Positions 50,021 to 59,853 of a DNA stretch of 64,000 nt are shown here, piece by piece. The position numbers and the translations under genes are program-made. The DNA is from a bacterium (lineage in GTDB: Bacteria > Bdellovibrionota > UBA1018), in the NCBI GenBank assembly GCA_019751945.1, contig JAIEMT010000001.1:6635-70634 (forward strand). Reading direction: 5' to 3'. The number at the start of each line of letters is the position of its first letter. The first letter of the stretch is position 1. Under the pieces are notes generated by a model. That model worked only from the letters and a program-made list of their open reading frames with translations. It did no database searches and had not been told where the DNA came from.

Positions 50021-51274
50021 GTGAACTCGAAAGTAAAGAATCCCTCGCTCGCGCCCCAAGGTCGTTTGAAGATCGAATGGGCTGAAAGCCGAATGCCCGT
50101 TTTGATGAAGTTGCGCGAAGAAGCGAAGAAGACTCTACCCTTAAAAGGAATGCGAATCGCAGGTTGCTTACACGTGACGAAGGAGACTGCGGTTCTCATT
50201 CGCACCTTGAAAGCTGCCGGTGCGGAAGTGAGCTGGTCGGGTTGTAACCCCCTCTCCACTCAAGACGATATCTCTGCCGCGATTGCCGATGAAGGCGTTT
50301 CGATTTTTGCGTGGCACGGAATGTCTAAAGAAGAGTTCTACTGGGCCATCGAACAGACTCTGGCCTTCAAACCCACTTTGACTTTGGATGACGGCGCGGA
50401 TTTGATCTTCACCGTGCACTCCAAGTTCCCGCAAATGGCGAAAGATATTATCGGCGGCACGGAAGAAACCACGACCGGTGTTCATCGCCTGCGTGCCATG
50501 GCTCAGGACGGGGCTTTGAAGTATCCCGTCATTGCCATCAACGACGCTGAAACCAAGTGGGATTTCGATAACGTGTACGGCACCGGCCAAAGCTCGATCG
50601 ACGGCATCGTTCGTGCGACGAACGTCCTGCTCGGCGGAAAAGTTTTCGTCGTCGCGGGTTACGGCCACTGCGGCCGTGGTTGCGCGATGCGCGCGAAGGG
50701 CATGGGCGCTCGAGTGGTGGTCACCGAAATCACTCCGACCCACGCACTGAAAGCCGTGCTCGAAGGTTTTGAAGTCATGACCATGGATCAAGCTGCGAAG
50801 ATCGGCGATATTTTCATCACCGCTACCGGCATGAAGGACATCATTGTTCAGCGCCACTTTGAATCGATGAAAGACGGCGCAATTGTTTCCAACACCGGCC
50901 ACTATGACTGTGAATTGAATTTGGATGATCTGAAAAAAGCTTCGAAGAACATCCGCGAAGTGCGTCCGAACAACGAAGAATACACCCTGAAAAATGGCAA
51001 GAAAGTTTACGTCTTGGCTCAAGGCCGTCTTGTGAACTTGGCAGCGGCTGAAGGCCATCCGTCCGAAGTGATGGACATGTCTTTTGCCAACCAGTTCTTG
51101 GGAATGGTTCGCCTTGCTAAAGAAGGCAAGAGCATGAAGCCGATCGTTCACGACATCGATCCGGCTCAGGATCAAGAAATCGCGTCGATCAAGCTTGCGG
51201 CGTTAGGCATGTCGATTGACAAGCTCACGCCGGAACAAGCGAAGTACGCGAACGATTATTCGGCGGGAACCTAA
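50021..51274 (+). CDS. ahcY: Adenosylhomocysteinase
   Basis: GCLHVTKETA, CNPLSTQD, EETTTG, FDNVYGTGQS, GRLVNLAAAEGHP. Confidence 0.97.
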   Translation: MNSKVKNPSLAPQGRLKIEWAESRMPVLMKLREEAKKTLPLKGMRIAGCLHVTKETAVLIRTLKAAGAEVSWSGCNPLSTQDDISAAIADEGVSIFAWHGMSKEEFYWAIEQTLAFKPTLTLDDGADLIFTVHSKFPQMAKDIIGGTEETTTGVHRLRAMAQDGALKYPVIAINDAETKWDFDNVYGTGQSSIDGIVRATNVLLGGKVFVVAGYGHCGRGCAMRAKGMGARVVVTEITPTHALKAVLEGFEVMTMDQAAKIGDIFITATGMKDIIVQRHFESMKDGAIVSNTGHYDCELNLDDLKKASKNIREVRPNNEEYTLKNGKKVYVLAQGRLVNLAAAEGHPSEVMDMSFANQFLGMVRLAKEGKSMKPIVHDIDPAQDQEIASIKLAALGMSIDKLTPEQAKYANDYSAGT

Positions 51275-51287
51275 GAAGCAGGCATGA

Positions 51288-51305
51288 ACTCGCGCCGGCG
51301 CGAGT
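51288..51305. terminator. GC-rich palindrome between convergent genes, possible terminator
   Basis: ACTCGCGCCGGCGCGAGT; no U-tract. Confidence 0.4.
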
Positions 51306-51314
51306 GCTGGGACA

Positions 51315-52088
51315 TTAAGGAAACCGATAGTAGCGAAGGTTGGACTCGGGATAGAGAGCCAAAGTCTCATCCATTCTTTGAAGCTGGTAAGGTCTCAATT
51401 CTCCTGTTCCATTTTTCGTAAGGACCCATTGAAGTGTTGAATTTGCATCGGGCTCGAACACAGTAAACGCGTGTACGGGAGTGCCTTGAAAATCATACAA
51501 GACCCCCACGTCCCCATTCTGAGGAGGGCCTGTGACGGGAGTAGCATTAGCCACCAAATTCTGAAACGGACCAGGAGGCGTGAGTCCCATTTCTGAGGTC
51601 TTGCCAGACAAGTACAAAGCAAAGTTGAAACAATTTCCTCCAGCCTCACCGGTTTTTCCAAGAACCGATTTCGCTCTTGCCGGCACACAACCCTGTAGGT
51701 CGATTTTGAATACTGTTTGAGGCAAGAGGTCATATTCAATTCGATTGGTGACCTTGTTCATCTCCTTCATGATCGGGAGAAGCCCTTCGTCGGGTGGAAA
51801 GAAGTTGTTTTCGTTGACCCGAGGTTCCAGCTGCAAGCAATAGGGTTTTCCGAAGTAATTTACCGAAAGTTTTTCTTCAGCTCGAATGGAGGATTTATTC
51901 TCGGCGACAATCGGTAGATCGGATTCACAGCCCAGACGTTGTGCAGAAGTGCGCGCTTCTTGAAGAGATCCGTAGTAGGCAAATACTTGTCCCTCCGGTC
52001 CAAGAACCATGGCGAGACTACCGGCGAACACGAGGGGTGTCGTTAGGAAGGTGCCAGCCGCTACTATTAGTGAGAGTCTTCTCATCAT
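51315..52088 (-). CDS. Secreted protein with papain/NlpC-P60-like Cys-His motifs
   Basis: Signal peptide from ATG 52088; GGNCFNFAL, GDVGVLY, PVHAF, LTKNG. Confidence 0.65.
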   Translation of the reverse strand: MMRRLSLIVAAGTFLTTPLVFAGSLAMVLGPEGQVFAYYGSLQEARTSAQRLGCESDLPIVAENKSSIRAEEKLSVNYFGKPYCLQLEPRVNENNFFPPDEGLLPIMKEMNKVTNRIEYDLLPQTVFKIDLQGCVPARAKSVLGKTGEAGGNCFNFALYLSGKTSEMGLTPPGPFQNLVANATPVTGPPQNGDVGVLYDFQGTPVHAFTVFEPDANSTLQWVLTKNGTGELRPYQLQRMDETLALYPESNLRYYRFP

Positions 52089-52095
52089 TTCTGAC

Positions 52096-52122
52096 CTATC
52101 GGCTATCCTTCGGATCGACTTG
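52096..52122 (-). promoter_or_regulatory. Sigma28 (FliA)-type promoter, probably leaderless
   Basis: CAAG-N15-GCCGATAG, 7 nt before ATG 52088. Confidence 0.6.
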
Positions 52123-52250
52123 GATAATCTTGGGCCGCCGAACCCCTTCTTTGGAGATGAAGCGTACACGCTGCTCAAAGCATATAGTACATATTTATTA
52201 TTGATTAAATTAGTGCGTTATGTTAGACCCTCTTTTTTAAGGAGTTTTCG

Positions 52251-52745
52251 ATGCGAATTCTGATTTTGTCTGTTGTATTGTGCCTATTTTCTGGAGCGGC
52301 TTTTGCGCAAGAGTCTGACGAGGCAGCCCGATCTAGTGTTCAACTTCTTTCGCCAGTGCCCTTCAAATGTAAGGCGGTTTGTGCCGTCGTTAGAGGTACC
52401 TGGTCAATTCCAAATCGGGGCAAGATTGAGATTTTAGGCACGAAAGAGGTCAACACGCATTTATTTAGTTCACAATATGATCAGGATATCATTTCAGACG
52501 ACGGGGCCTTTACCTACGTTCTTACTCCCGATTCAGACTCGGGCAATGTGACAAATCAGTTCCTCGCGGCATGTCGGAAATATGAAGAAGAAGTCACCGT
52601 AAACCTTCCTTTAGGTAGTACTCAAGCTGTTATTTTTACCCAAGTTCAATTCAGTGCTCAAGGTGGTAAGAATTATATCGATGCGTACACTGTTGGAAGC
52701 CCGCGAAGCCAATGTGAACTTTTTTCACACGAATCACGTCAATAA
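52251..52745 (+). CDS. Secreted hypothetical protein (AT-richer)
   Basis: AAGGAG RBS, signal peptide (..AAFA), four mature Cys. Confidence 0.7.
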   Translation: MRILILSVVLCLFSGAAFAQESDEAARSSVQLLSPVPFKCKAVCAVVRGTWSIPNRGKIEILGTKEVNTHLFSSQYDQDIISDDGAFTYVLTPDSDSGNVTNQFLAACRKYEEEVTVNLPLGSTQAVIFTQVQFSAQGGKNYIDAYTVGSPRSQCELFSHESRQ

Positions 52746-53585
52746 GATGTTGTCGATGAGCCGGGTTTTTCCGAGATAAGCCGCAACTGCCATCAACGCA
52801 CCTTCGTCATCAATCGTCGTTAAGAGCTGCAGAGTCTTGGGATGGCGAATTTCCCAATATTGAATTTGGAAGGCGGGTTGCTTTTCTAAGACGGCACGGC
52901 CGATTTTTGTGAGTCTCAGGGCATCCCGCTCACCGGCTTCGTAGGCTAGTTTCGCAGCGACCAAGCTTTTGAAAAGAAGCGGAGCTGCTTCTCTTTCTTC
53001 AGGTTTGAGGTAAGCGTTTCGGGAGCTCAAGGCCAATCCATCTTTTTCGCGAATGGTGGGGCCGCGAACGATCTTCACCGGAAGATTCAAATCCTCCACC
53101 ATCTTCTCGATCACTAAAACTTGTTGGGCATCTTTTTGACCGAAGATGGCGATGTCGGGCTGAACTAAATTCAGGAGCTTCATTACTACGGTCGTCACGC
53201 CCTTGAAGTGTCCTGGTCGAAAAGCGCCGCAAAGAACGCGCGTGAGATTTTCTTCCACCACAAACGTCGAAGCAGTTGGATACATTTCGTCAGCTGAAGG
53301 AGTGAAGACCGCACTGGCTCCGACGCTCTTTAAAAGCTCGATGTCTTGCTCCACCACGCGAGGATATTTGTCGAAGTCCTCATTCTTCCCAAACTGCAGC
53401 GGATTCACAAAAATGCTAGCGATGACAACCTCGGCAAGGCCGGAGGCTTGCATTACCAAAGACAGGTGGCCTTCATGGAGCGCGCCCATCGTCGGAACAA
53501 AAGCGACCGTGCGGGTGCCCTGCTCTTTTCGCCAAGCGCGGAGTTCGGCAATCGTGTTTAACCGCTTAACCGGTGAGCTCGCCAT
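52734..53585 (-). CDS. panC: Pantoate--beta-alanine ligase
   Basis: FVPTMGALHEGH, SIFVNPLQF, RPGHFKGV, FGQKD, LSSRN, RLIDN. Confidence 0.97.
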   Translation of the reverse strand: MASSPVKRLNTIAELRAWRKEQGTRTVAFVPTMGALHEGHLSLVMQASGLAEVVIASIFVNPLQFGKNEDFDKYPRVVEQDIELLKSVGASAVFTPSADEMYPTASTFVVEENLTRVLCGAFRPGHFKGVTTVVMKLLNLVQPDIAIFGQKDAQQVLVIEKMVEDLNLPVKIVRGPTIREKDGLALSSRNAYLKPEEREAAPLLFKSLVAAKLAYEAGERDALRLTKIGRAVLEKQPAFQIQYWEIRHPKTLQLLTTIDDEGALMAVAAYLGKTRLIDNILLT

Positions 53586-54330
53586 AGGCTAGAAGCCCTT
53601 TCAGAGTCAGATCGGGTTCGATTCGCCAGCGATCGGAGAGTTTCAAAAGTTGAATGCACCCGCCGGTGGCGATGAGTTGATAATTCTTTCCAGCCTGTTC
53701 GGAGAGCAAGCGGTCAGCCATCCCCTCAATGAGAGCTTCGTAACCTAAGAGCACACCGCTTTGAATCTGGCTTTCCGTCGTGCGACCAAGTGGGCTCTTT
53801 GGGCGATTCAGTTCCACCGAATAAAGTTTTGCAGCTCGAGACTGCAAGGCCTTCCAGCTAATTTCCAAACCTGGAGTGATGGCGCCGCCAATGTAAGCGG
53901 GGCGTTCATCGACCAAGCAGAAGGTGGTTGCGGTTCCGGCGTCGACCACCAAGAATGGACCCGACACGATTTCTAAAGCGCCGGCTACGTTGGCGAGGCG
54001 GTCTGCTCCCAGTTGTTCGGGGATGGGAAGATCGAGTTCAAACTTCCGCCGGGTGTCGCTTTTCACAAAGAGGGCGGGAACTTTTCGGAGTGCTTGTGTG
54101 ACCGTCTTTTCTAAAGCCGGAACCACACTGCAAATCACAGCGCGATCCGCTCCCATGGGGCTCAGTTTCACATCCGAAGCGTAATCAAACAGCCCCAGCA
54201 TGTGAGCGCGGTATTCATCGACGGTGCTGTTATGCAAGGTGCGGAAACGCACTCGGCCCAGCAAGTTCTTCTCTTCGTAAATTCCTGCGACCGTATCGGT
54301 GTTGCCGATGTCGATGACGAGAGTTTTCAT
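53566..54330 (-). CDS. coaX: Type III pantothenate kinase
   Basis: IDIGNT, LGADR, VDAGTATT, GGAITPG, ATGG. Confidence 0.95.
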   Translation of the reverse strand: MKTLVIDIGNTDTVAGIYEEKNLLGRVRFRTLHNSTVDEYRAHMLGLFDYASDVKLSPMGADRAVICSVVPALEKTVTQALRKVPALFVKSDTRRKFELDLPIPEQLGADRLANVAGALEIVSGPFLVVDAGTATTFCLVDERPAYIGGAITPGLEISWKALQSRAAKLYSVELNRPKSPLGRTTESQIQSGVLLGYEALIEGMADRLLSEQAGKNYQLIATGGCIQLLKLSDRWRIEPDLTLKGLLAYGELTG

Positions 54331-55175
54331 AAAGGGATAGGAGTCTCCCGAGACGGATCCGGTCGAGCTGAACCGACAGGGAGACTTGGACCTTTCACAT
54401 CCAAAATATACTCTCTAACGGCATCGCGAATCACTGCGGCTACATTTCCGCGGGGGACCGCGAACTTCGGCGGCGGGCGCAAACTCAGTCCCACTAAATC
54501 GTTGATCACAAGAACTTGCCCCGAGCAATCGGTGCCCGAGCCGATCCCAATCGTGGGAATACCTAAGCTCTGTGTAATTTCAGCAGCGACGGCGGGAACG
54601 ACCATTTCTAAAACAATGGAGAACGCACCGGCTTCAGACAGTGCAACCGCAGAGTCTACCAAGTAACGAACGCTCTGATCCGTTTTGCCATGAATGTAGT
54701 AACCCCCCAACTGATGCACACTCTGAGGAGTGAGACCGATGTGGGCCATCACGGGAATGCCTTGATCCACCAGGCGACGTACGATCGGAGCTGCATTCAA
54801 ACCGCCCTCGAGCTTCACAGCCTGGCAACCCGACTCCTGCATCAAGCGAATCGAGGCGCGCAGAGCCACTTCCGGGTCGGTTGTGGTTCCAAAAGGGAGA
54901 TCGGCCACAATCAGGGCCTTCTTCGTTCCGCGCACCACCGCAGAGGTGTGGCGAATCATGTCTTCTAAAGTGACCGGGAGAGTGGTGTCGTACCCGAGGA
55001 CGACGTTTCCCAAGCTATCTCCGACTAAAAGGATGTCGACGCCGCTGTTGTCTAAGAGGCCTGCTGTGACGTAATCGTAGGCCGTGAGCATGGCCAGCTT
55101 TTCTTTTCGGAGATAAGCCGCATGCAAGGTTCGTAGAGTATTGCGAGAAACGGCGGTCGTCGGATGGCTCGACAT
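54327..55175 (-). CDS. panB: 3-methyl-2-oxobutanoate hydroxymethyltransferase
   Basis: MLTAYD, LLVGDSLG, VKLEGG, HIGLTPQ, GIGSG..GQVLV. Confidence 0.97.
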   Translation of the reverse strand: MSSHPTTAVSRNTLRTLHAAYLRKEKLAMLTAYDYVTAGLLDNSGVDILLVGDSLGNVVLGYDTTLPVTLEDMIRHTSAVVRGTKKALIVADLPFGTTTDPEVALRASIRLMQESGCQAVKLEGGLNAAPIVRRLVDQGIPVMAHIGLTPQSVHQLGGYYIHGKTDQSVRYLVDSAVALSEAGAFSIVLEMVVPAVAAEITQSLGIPTIGIGSGTDCSGQVLVINDLVGLSLRPPPKFAVPRGNVAAVIRDAVREYILDVKGPSLPVGSARPDPSRETPIPL

Positions 55176-55187
55176 GCGCCTCTAGTA

Positions 55188-56504
55188 TCACAGGGCGCTG
55201 AGGTTTGCCATTTCCTTGGCGTGCTCGGGCGCTACATAAACCCTGTTGATGGAGCGCTTTTCGCTATATTTCTGGAAAAGATCCGTACAATCCTCGAGCG
55301 GGATGAAGCTGGGCTTATTATAAAGGTCATTATAACGGACAAAAATCGGGTCGCCCGGACGCCTAAAATACTTGGAGAGTTCACCAGTTGAGGTAGCAGC
55401 CAGGTAATGAATGCCCTTCTTATTGAGCTTGTCCTGAATCGACTCTAAAAGCTGTTTCTGTTCCGAGGCGGCATTCTTCGTGGCCGGGATTCCGCTGTGG
55501 AGTTCAATCAACATTCGATAGGGATCTTTATCCGAAATGCGTCGGGCCCAGGGGTTTTTGCTCTCATTTAAGTGGCTGTATAAGTGGGCATCCACGAAAT
55601 CGCAGTAGGACTCGACGTCTGCAGGAATTTGATAATCGCAATCCGGGCTTGAGAAATATTCGCCCAGCATCGCATCGTAAACCACGCTCTTATGATGGAA
55701 GTAGACCATCAAGAACATGTGAAAGCGCGAGATCAAGAAGTCTTCAAACGAATAGAGGGCGCGATGTTGAAGGGCGAGATAAGCTTTTCCCTTCTGAACG
55801 TAGCAGGTGAGGTTCCCGCCCAACCAATCGAAGTCGAACTGGCCGTAGCTCACCCCGGCGTGCAAGCTGTCGCGACGAAGGTAGTCCATTCGGTCAGCAT
55901 CGAGCTCGCTGGAAATGAGCTGCTGGCAGATCGGACGGAAGTCGATGGTTTCGCCATCGACCTTTTCTAAGAAGAAATCATCTTCTAATTTGATGCCTGG
56001 CTCGATGAGTGCCACCACATGCTGAGGGCCAAAACCCTGCTGGGCTCCTGCCTTCTCGAGTTTCTTGGTGAGCCCCGAAGCCAGGATCAGCTTCAGAGTG
56101 TAGTCCTCGTGCGTGGCCTTGCGGTCTTTGCTCTTGGACAACCATTTTTCCGGCAGCTCTAGTTTTCCCACCGGGGGCATGGCGATTTCAGACGTGTGAG
56201 AAAGCGGGCCGTGTCCCGAGTCATGTAAAAGCGCAGCAAGGCGAACTACGGAGCGCAGACGGGTGATGTCCTTCGAGAGTTGGAACGGCATGTTCTTGGT
56301 GAACACCGCGTTCCAAGCCACCGTGGCTGTGTGCATGGCCCCTAAGCTGTGGATGTACCGGTTGTGCGTCGCACTGGGATACGAATACTCACCGAAGCCG
56401 AGCTGCTTGATGTGTCTCAACCGTTGAAAGTAACGGGAGTCCACAATGGGCAAAATCTCGGGATCGATGAAAATCGATCCGTGTACGACGTCGCGGATTT
56501 CCAA
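55188..56504 (-). CDS. HD-domain phosphohydrolase (YwfO/SAMHD1-like dNTPase family)
   Basis: RDVVHG, FQRLRHIKQLG, HNRYIHSLG, LLHDSGHGPLSH, DADRMDYLRRD. Confidence 0.9.
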   Translation of the reverse strand: MEIRDVVHGSIFIDPEILPIVDSRYFQRLRHIKQLGFGEYSYPSATHNRYIHSLGAMHTATVAWNAVFTKNMPFQLSKDITRLRSVVRLAALLHDSGHGPLSHTSEIAMPPVGKLELPEKWLSKSKDRKATHEDYTLKLILASGLTKKLEKAGAQQGFGPQHVVALIEPGIKLEDDFFLEKVDGETIDFRPICQQLISSELDADRMDYLRRDSLHAGVSYGQFDFDWLGGNLTCYVQKGKAYLALQHRALYSFEDFLISRFHMFLMVYFHHKSVVYDAMLGEYFSSPDCDYQIPADVESYCDFVDAHLYSHLNESKNPWARRISDKDPYRMLIELHSGIPATKNAASEQKQLLESIQDKLNKKGIHYLAATSTGELSKYFRRPGDPIFVRYNDLYNKPSFIPLEDCTDLFQKYSEKRSINRVYVAPEHAKEMANLSAL

Positions 56505-56513
56505 GGGTACTGC

Positions 56514-57032
56514 TTACTCTTCGGAGTCGCCGAAGTCCTCGTCCTCGTCCATGTCTTCATCATCGTGATCATGGTCGTGGTCGTGATCATGATCGTGGTC
56601 ATGATCATGGCCGTGCTTGTGGTCGTGGCCGTGTTCTTGTTCTTCGTCGTCGCCGTGGCTGTGCGAACTTTGTCCGCCGCCGAAGCTTGCTCCGCCGAAT
56701 GAGGAACTCATTGCACCACCAGCCATGCCGCCAGCGAAACCGCTGACTGCAGAACCCATCGTGCTACCCATCGAAGTCGTGGGACTCGATACGGGAGCCA
56801 TCGGCTTGCTCCAAGTCGTTGCCGACTTCGCAGCGCCGTTTGCTTTTTTAGCTACCGTCTTTTTCGGTGCAGATTTCTTTGCTGCTTTTTTGGCAGCTTT
56901 TTTAGCGGGCTTCTTAGCAGCGGATTTTTTTGCAGTCTTCTTTGCAGATTTTTTGCCTTTCGCCTTCATCATTTTCTTTGCGGGCTTCTTTTTGCCAGCG
57001 CTTTTCTTCACAGCTTTTTTCTTCTTCGCCAT
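56514..57032 (-). CDS. Histone H1-like Lys/Ala-rich protein with His/Asp-rich acidic tail
   Basis: MAKKKKAVKKSAGKKKPAKK..KKPAKKAAKK; tail (DH)n then DEDMDEDEDF. Confidence 0.75.
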   Translation of the reverse strand: MAKKKKAVKKSAGKKKPAKKMMKAKGKKSAKKTAKKSAAKKPAKKAAKKAAKKSAPKKTVAKKANGAAKSATTWSKPMAPVSSPTTSMGSTMGSAVSGFAGGMAGGAMSSSFGGASFGGGQSSHSHGDDEEQEHGHDHKHGHDHDHDHDHDHDHDHDDEDMDEDEDFGDSEE

Positions 57033-57138
57033 AATCTTTTTCTCCGTCTTTCTCGTTGGTCTGAAACAAAAATAAGCCACAGGCAATCAGTGTTTGCAAC
57101 AATATAACTCTTGGATTTCTGAGAAAGAAAGAATTTGT

Positions 57139-59199
57139 TTAGTGAGCGATTCTTTGAAGTTCTTGTTCCATGTTCGCGTCCATCGCCTCGGGAGGATTGG
57201 TCCAGGTATCGGTCCCGTTACTCGTCGCGCCGGAAGGATTGAACAACATTCGGAACGATACGAATTTTACGCTGTATCCCGTGCGTCCCGCGATTTGGAG
57301 AGAAGCGTCTTTGACGTAACTCCAAGACGACTTTACTTGATCAGCAGTGTTCATCATGATGACCGGCGGCAAGTTAATGCGGGTAGACGCGCCACTTTCT
57401 GGTCGAGTATTAAAGGGATTGACCAAGCGGGCAACGTTGAAGCCTTCTCCTACTCCTGCGTCATCTGTTCCGCCCCCCTGTCGTAGGCGGGCCAAATAAC
57501 CGTTAATTCCGCGCTTCAGCAAATCTTTAAAATTTTGATCAAATACCGTAGGCGAATCCGGATTCAGAACAGCCGGCGCGGTCAGCTGATCGATGGCGTC
57601 TTTCATAATATCGTCGGGGTTCACTCCCTGAGCGAGTTCGTCGGTGGAAATGAGGGGTGCCCAAACCGAGCGGTATTGGCCCGCACCAAAATTGTTCACA
57701 AACTGATCGGCATTAAAATCGTTGATGATGTTGTACTTGCCCGCCTCAAACGGATTGGGAACCATCGCTCCTTGATACGCTTTGGCCATGGCTTGAGCGT
57801 CGATGCGCACTTGGGTGCCGCCTCCCGTCGCTCCGTCCGTGCCGCCATTGTTGCGGAAGAGATTGAACATGGCTTGGAGGACATCGTTTTCATTCCAACC
57901 TCGCACGGGGCTGTCGGCTTCCTTTACCGGAAGGTTGGGAACGAAGCCCGTACAATCCAAACTGGTGTTCTGACAAATACGGCCGTCGCGTGCCGGACGG
58001 ATGAACTCACTCGAATCCAAAATATTCGGAGCAATGCGGCTGCCGAAGGGCTTGGCGGCTGCGTAGGCGGTGAGCTCCATGTCGCCAAACGGCGAGAAGA
58101 GAATTTTAGCCTTCGCCTTCAATCGAACCGCGTAATAGGTCAGATACGCCGGATCTTTTCTGAAGCCGACGGGGATGTTGGCCTTCACTGTAAAGGGCAC
58201 GGGTTGAGCAATGCAATCGCGGGCGTTCGAACTGTCCGGGCGGTCAAGTTGAAAGTCCACCGCATAGGCGTCGAAGTTCACATTCACGGGACGGAGGTTG
58301 ATTTGGCGTTTGGCCATGATTTCATCCATGACAATGGTGTTGTCGTCGAAAGTATTGGGGCCGAGCGTGTCGTAAGCCGATTTGAAGGCTTGAATGATTC
58401 GTTCGCGTGCGGCAGTGTCGCCTTCGCCTCCGATGGAATCCACCACAGATTTTGTTAGCCCAGTGCGGGGTGGGAAATTCAGATAGTAGTCGAGAGTCTG
58501 CACTCGGCGTTTCAAAATCATTTCGCGCGGGATGAGACCCAGCCCAGAAGCTAGCGCGCGGACCACATCCAAAATATCGCGATCGCGCTGACTCATGACG
58601 GATTCGTAACTTTCGAAGGTGGGATCGGTGTTCCAGAGCCACATTCCGAGGACGAACTTGTTAGTCACCCCAATTGAGAGGCAGTTTTTTTCACGAATTC
58701 CTTCCAGGCGCTGCAACTGGGTGCGCAAGGTGGATTGAATCGCATCGAGCGGTGAAGCAGGGGGCACGCTGATTTTTCCTAAGGTCGAAAGGCGGCAGTA
58801 GTTGTCTTTGTTGTTAAAAATAATGCAGACGGCCGGGACGTTGTAATTGGCAGTTGGATTTTGCAAATTGGGAATCCATTGGCGGGGGCCAGTCTGGTCG
58901 GGCTCGTACATCGTGTCTTGGGCCAGGTTGCCCATCACGTAATATCGAAATAGAAATTTTTTATACTGCCGGCGCATCTCGTAATTGAAGTAGGAGAGCA
59001 GTGTGAGTTGGCGCGCTTGAACAGCCGCACCGGAGTACGCCGCCATGTCGGCCGCATTCTGTAAATTAATCTTGGCGTTGACCAACATTCCCGTATTGAT
59101 GACGAACGCGAAAAACAAAAAGAACGTCGTCATCATGATCGCCGTCATGATGGTAATCTGGCCGTGTTGCTTCTTCCTGAACCCCAAACGTATCCCCAT
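57139..59199 (-). CDS. Tad (TadG-like) N-terminal domain protein
   Basis: Prepilin-like KKQHGQITIM + TM, INTG.LVNAKINLQNAADMAAYSGA. Confidence 0.8.
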   Translation of the reverse strand: MGIRLGFRKKQHGQITIMTAIMMTTFFLFFAFVINTGMLVNAKINLQNAADMAAYSGAAVQARQLTLLSYFNYEMRRQYKKFLFRYYVMGNLAQDTMYEPDQTGPRQWIPNLQNPTANYNVPAVCIIFNNKDNYCRLSTLGKISVPPASPLDAIQSTLRTQLQRLEGIREKNCLSIGVTNKFVLGMWLWNTDPTFESYESVMSQRDRDILDVVRALASGLGLIPREMILKRRVQTLDYYLNFPPRTGLTKSVVDSIGGEGDTAARERIIQAFKSAYDTLGPNTFDDNTIVMDEIMAKRQINLRPVNVNFDAYAVDFQLDRPDSSNARDCIAQPVPFTVKANIPVGFRKDPAYLTYYAVRLKAKAKILFSPFGDMELTAYAAAKPFGSRIAPNILDSSEFIRPARDGRICQNTSLDCTGFVPNLPVKEADSPVRGWNENDVLQAMFNLFRNNGGTDGATGGGTQVRIDAQAMAKAYQGAMVPNPFEAGKYNIINDFNADQFVNNFGAGQYRSVWAPLISTDELAQGVNPDDIMKDAIDQLTAPAVLNPDSPTVFDQNFKDLLKRGINGYLARLRQGGGTDDAGVGEGFNVARLVNPFNTRPESGASTRINLPPVIMMNTADQVKSSWSYVKDASLQIAGRTGYSVKFVSFRMLFNPSGATSNGTDTWTNPPEAMDANMEQELQRIAH

Positions 59200-59373
59200 C
59201 CTAGTTCTTCTATTTTCGCAGACCCTGGAGGGCATGTCCATTCGACGCGTAGCTGTCTAAACCCTGTACAGGTTATTGAAACCCTTGGGGTTTCCGACTA
59301 GAATGGTCCCTTTTTGGCCCCAAGAACTGTAAGGCCTTAGCCCGAAACGCGCAAATAGGCGGGAGAGGGGGGA

Positions 59374-59389
59374 GGGCACGCTCCTTGCT
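59374..59389 (+). promoter_or_regulatory. Sigma54-type -24/-12 promoter
   Basis: GGGCACG-N4-TTGCT, ending 14 nt before ATG 59404. Confidence 0.55.
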
Positions 59390-59403
59390 CATAGGCAGCC
59401 GCG

Positions 59404-59853
59404 ATGCGTGCTGTACTTTTTAGAGCTGGATTAGTGATTGCCTGGTTAGGAACTTTGTCGGTGTTGTCGGCGTACGCCCATGCGGACTTCGGCACTATTC
59501 TCGAGGAGCCTACCCCTGCGAAAGCTGCTGCTCCCGCAAAAGATCCGCGCGGAATTGATGTCACCAAGTTGGTGAGAGACATGAAGTTCTATACTCAGGG
59601 CAAGGCCCCTGCGTATCAGCCGCTCACGCCGAGCGTAGGTCCGATCACCTTCCGTGCTCTGCCGAATCAGGCCGAGGTTGCTCCGCAGTTTGAATTGCCT
59701 CAGGCGTTCACAGACGGAAGTTCGAAGTTCTTCGCTCCTGATCCGATTTATTTCCAAGCTCGCGCTTGGGAAAATGCGCTCAAAGATCCGGGATTTTTTC
59801 CGGTCGCTGCCACTGACGGCGTTGTCGCCGAAGGCGCTGAAGTCGCGTTCTAA
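59404..59853 (+). CDS. Secreted Pro/Ala-rich hypothetical protein
   Basis: Signal peptide (..AHA). Confidence 0.7.
   Translation: MRAVLFRAGLVIAWLGTLSVLSAYAHADFGTILEEPTPAKAAAPAKDPRGIDVTKLVRDMKFYTQGKAPAYQPLTPSVGPITFRALPNQAEVAPQFELPQAFTDGSSKFFAPDPIYFQARAWENALKDPGFFPVAATDGVVAEGAEVAF

Noticed and set aside
50168-51175. 335-aa antisense ORF (likewise 57535..58458, 29788..30582, 61545..62183, 9759..10385)
   Set aside because: Shadow ORFs opposite well-supported genes; no recognisable motifs or RBS
52734-55175. panB-coaX-panC order without panD
   Set aside because: Ordinary CoA-pathway clustering
56540-56640. 6-bp periodic DNA repeat as a possible array or VNTR
   Set aside because: Explained by the His-Asp codons of the H1-like protein; synonymous variation is present
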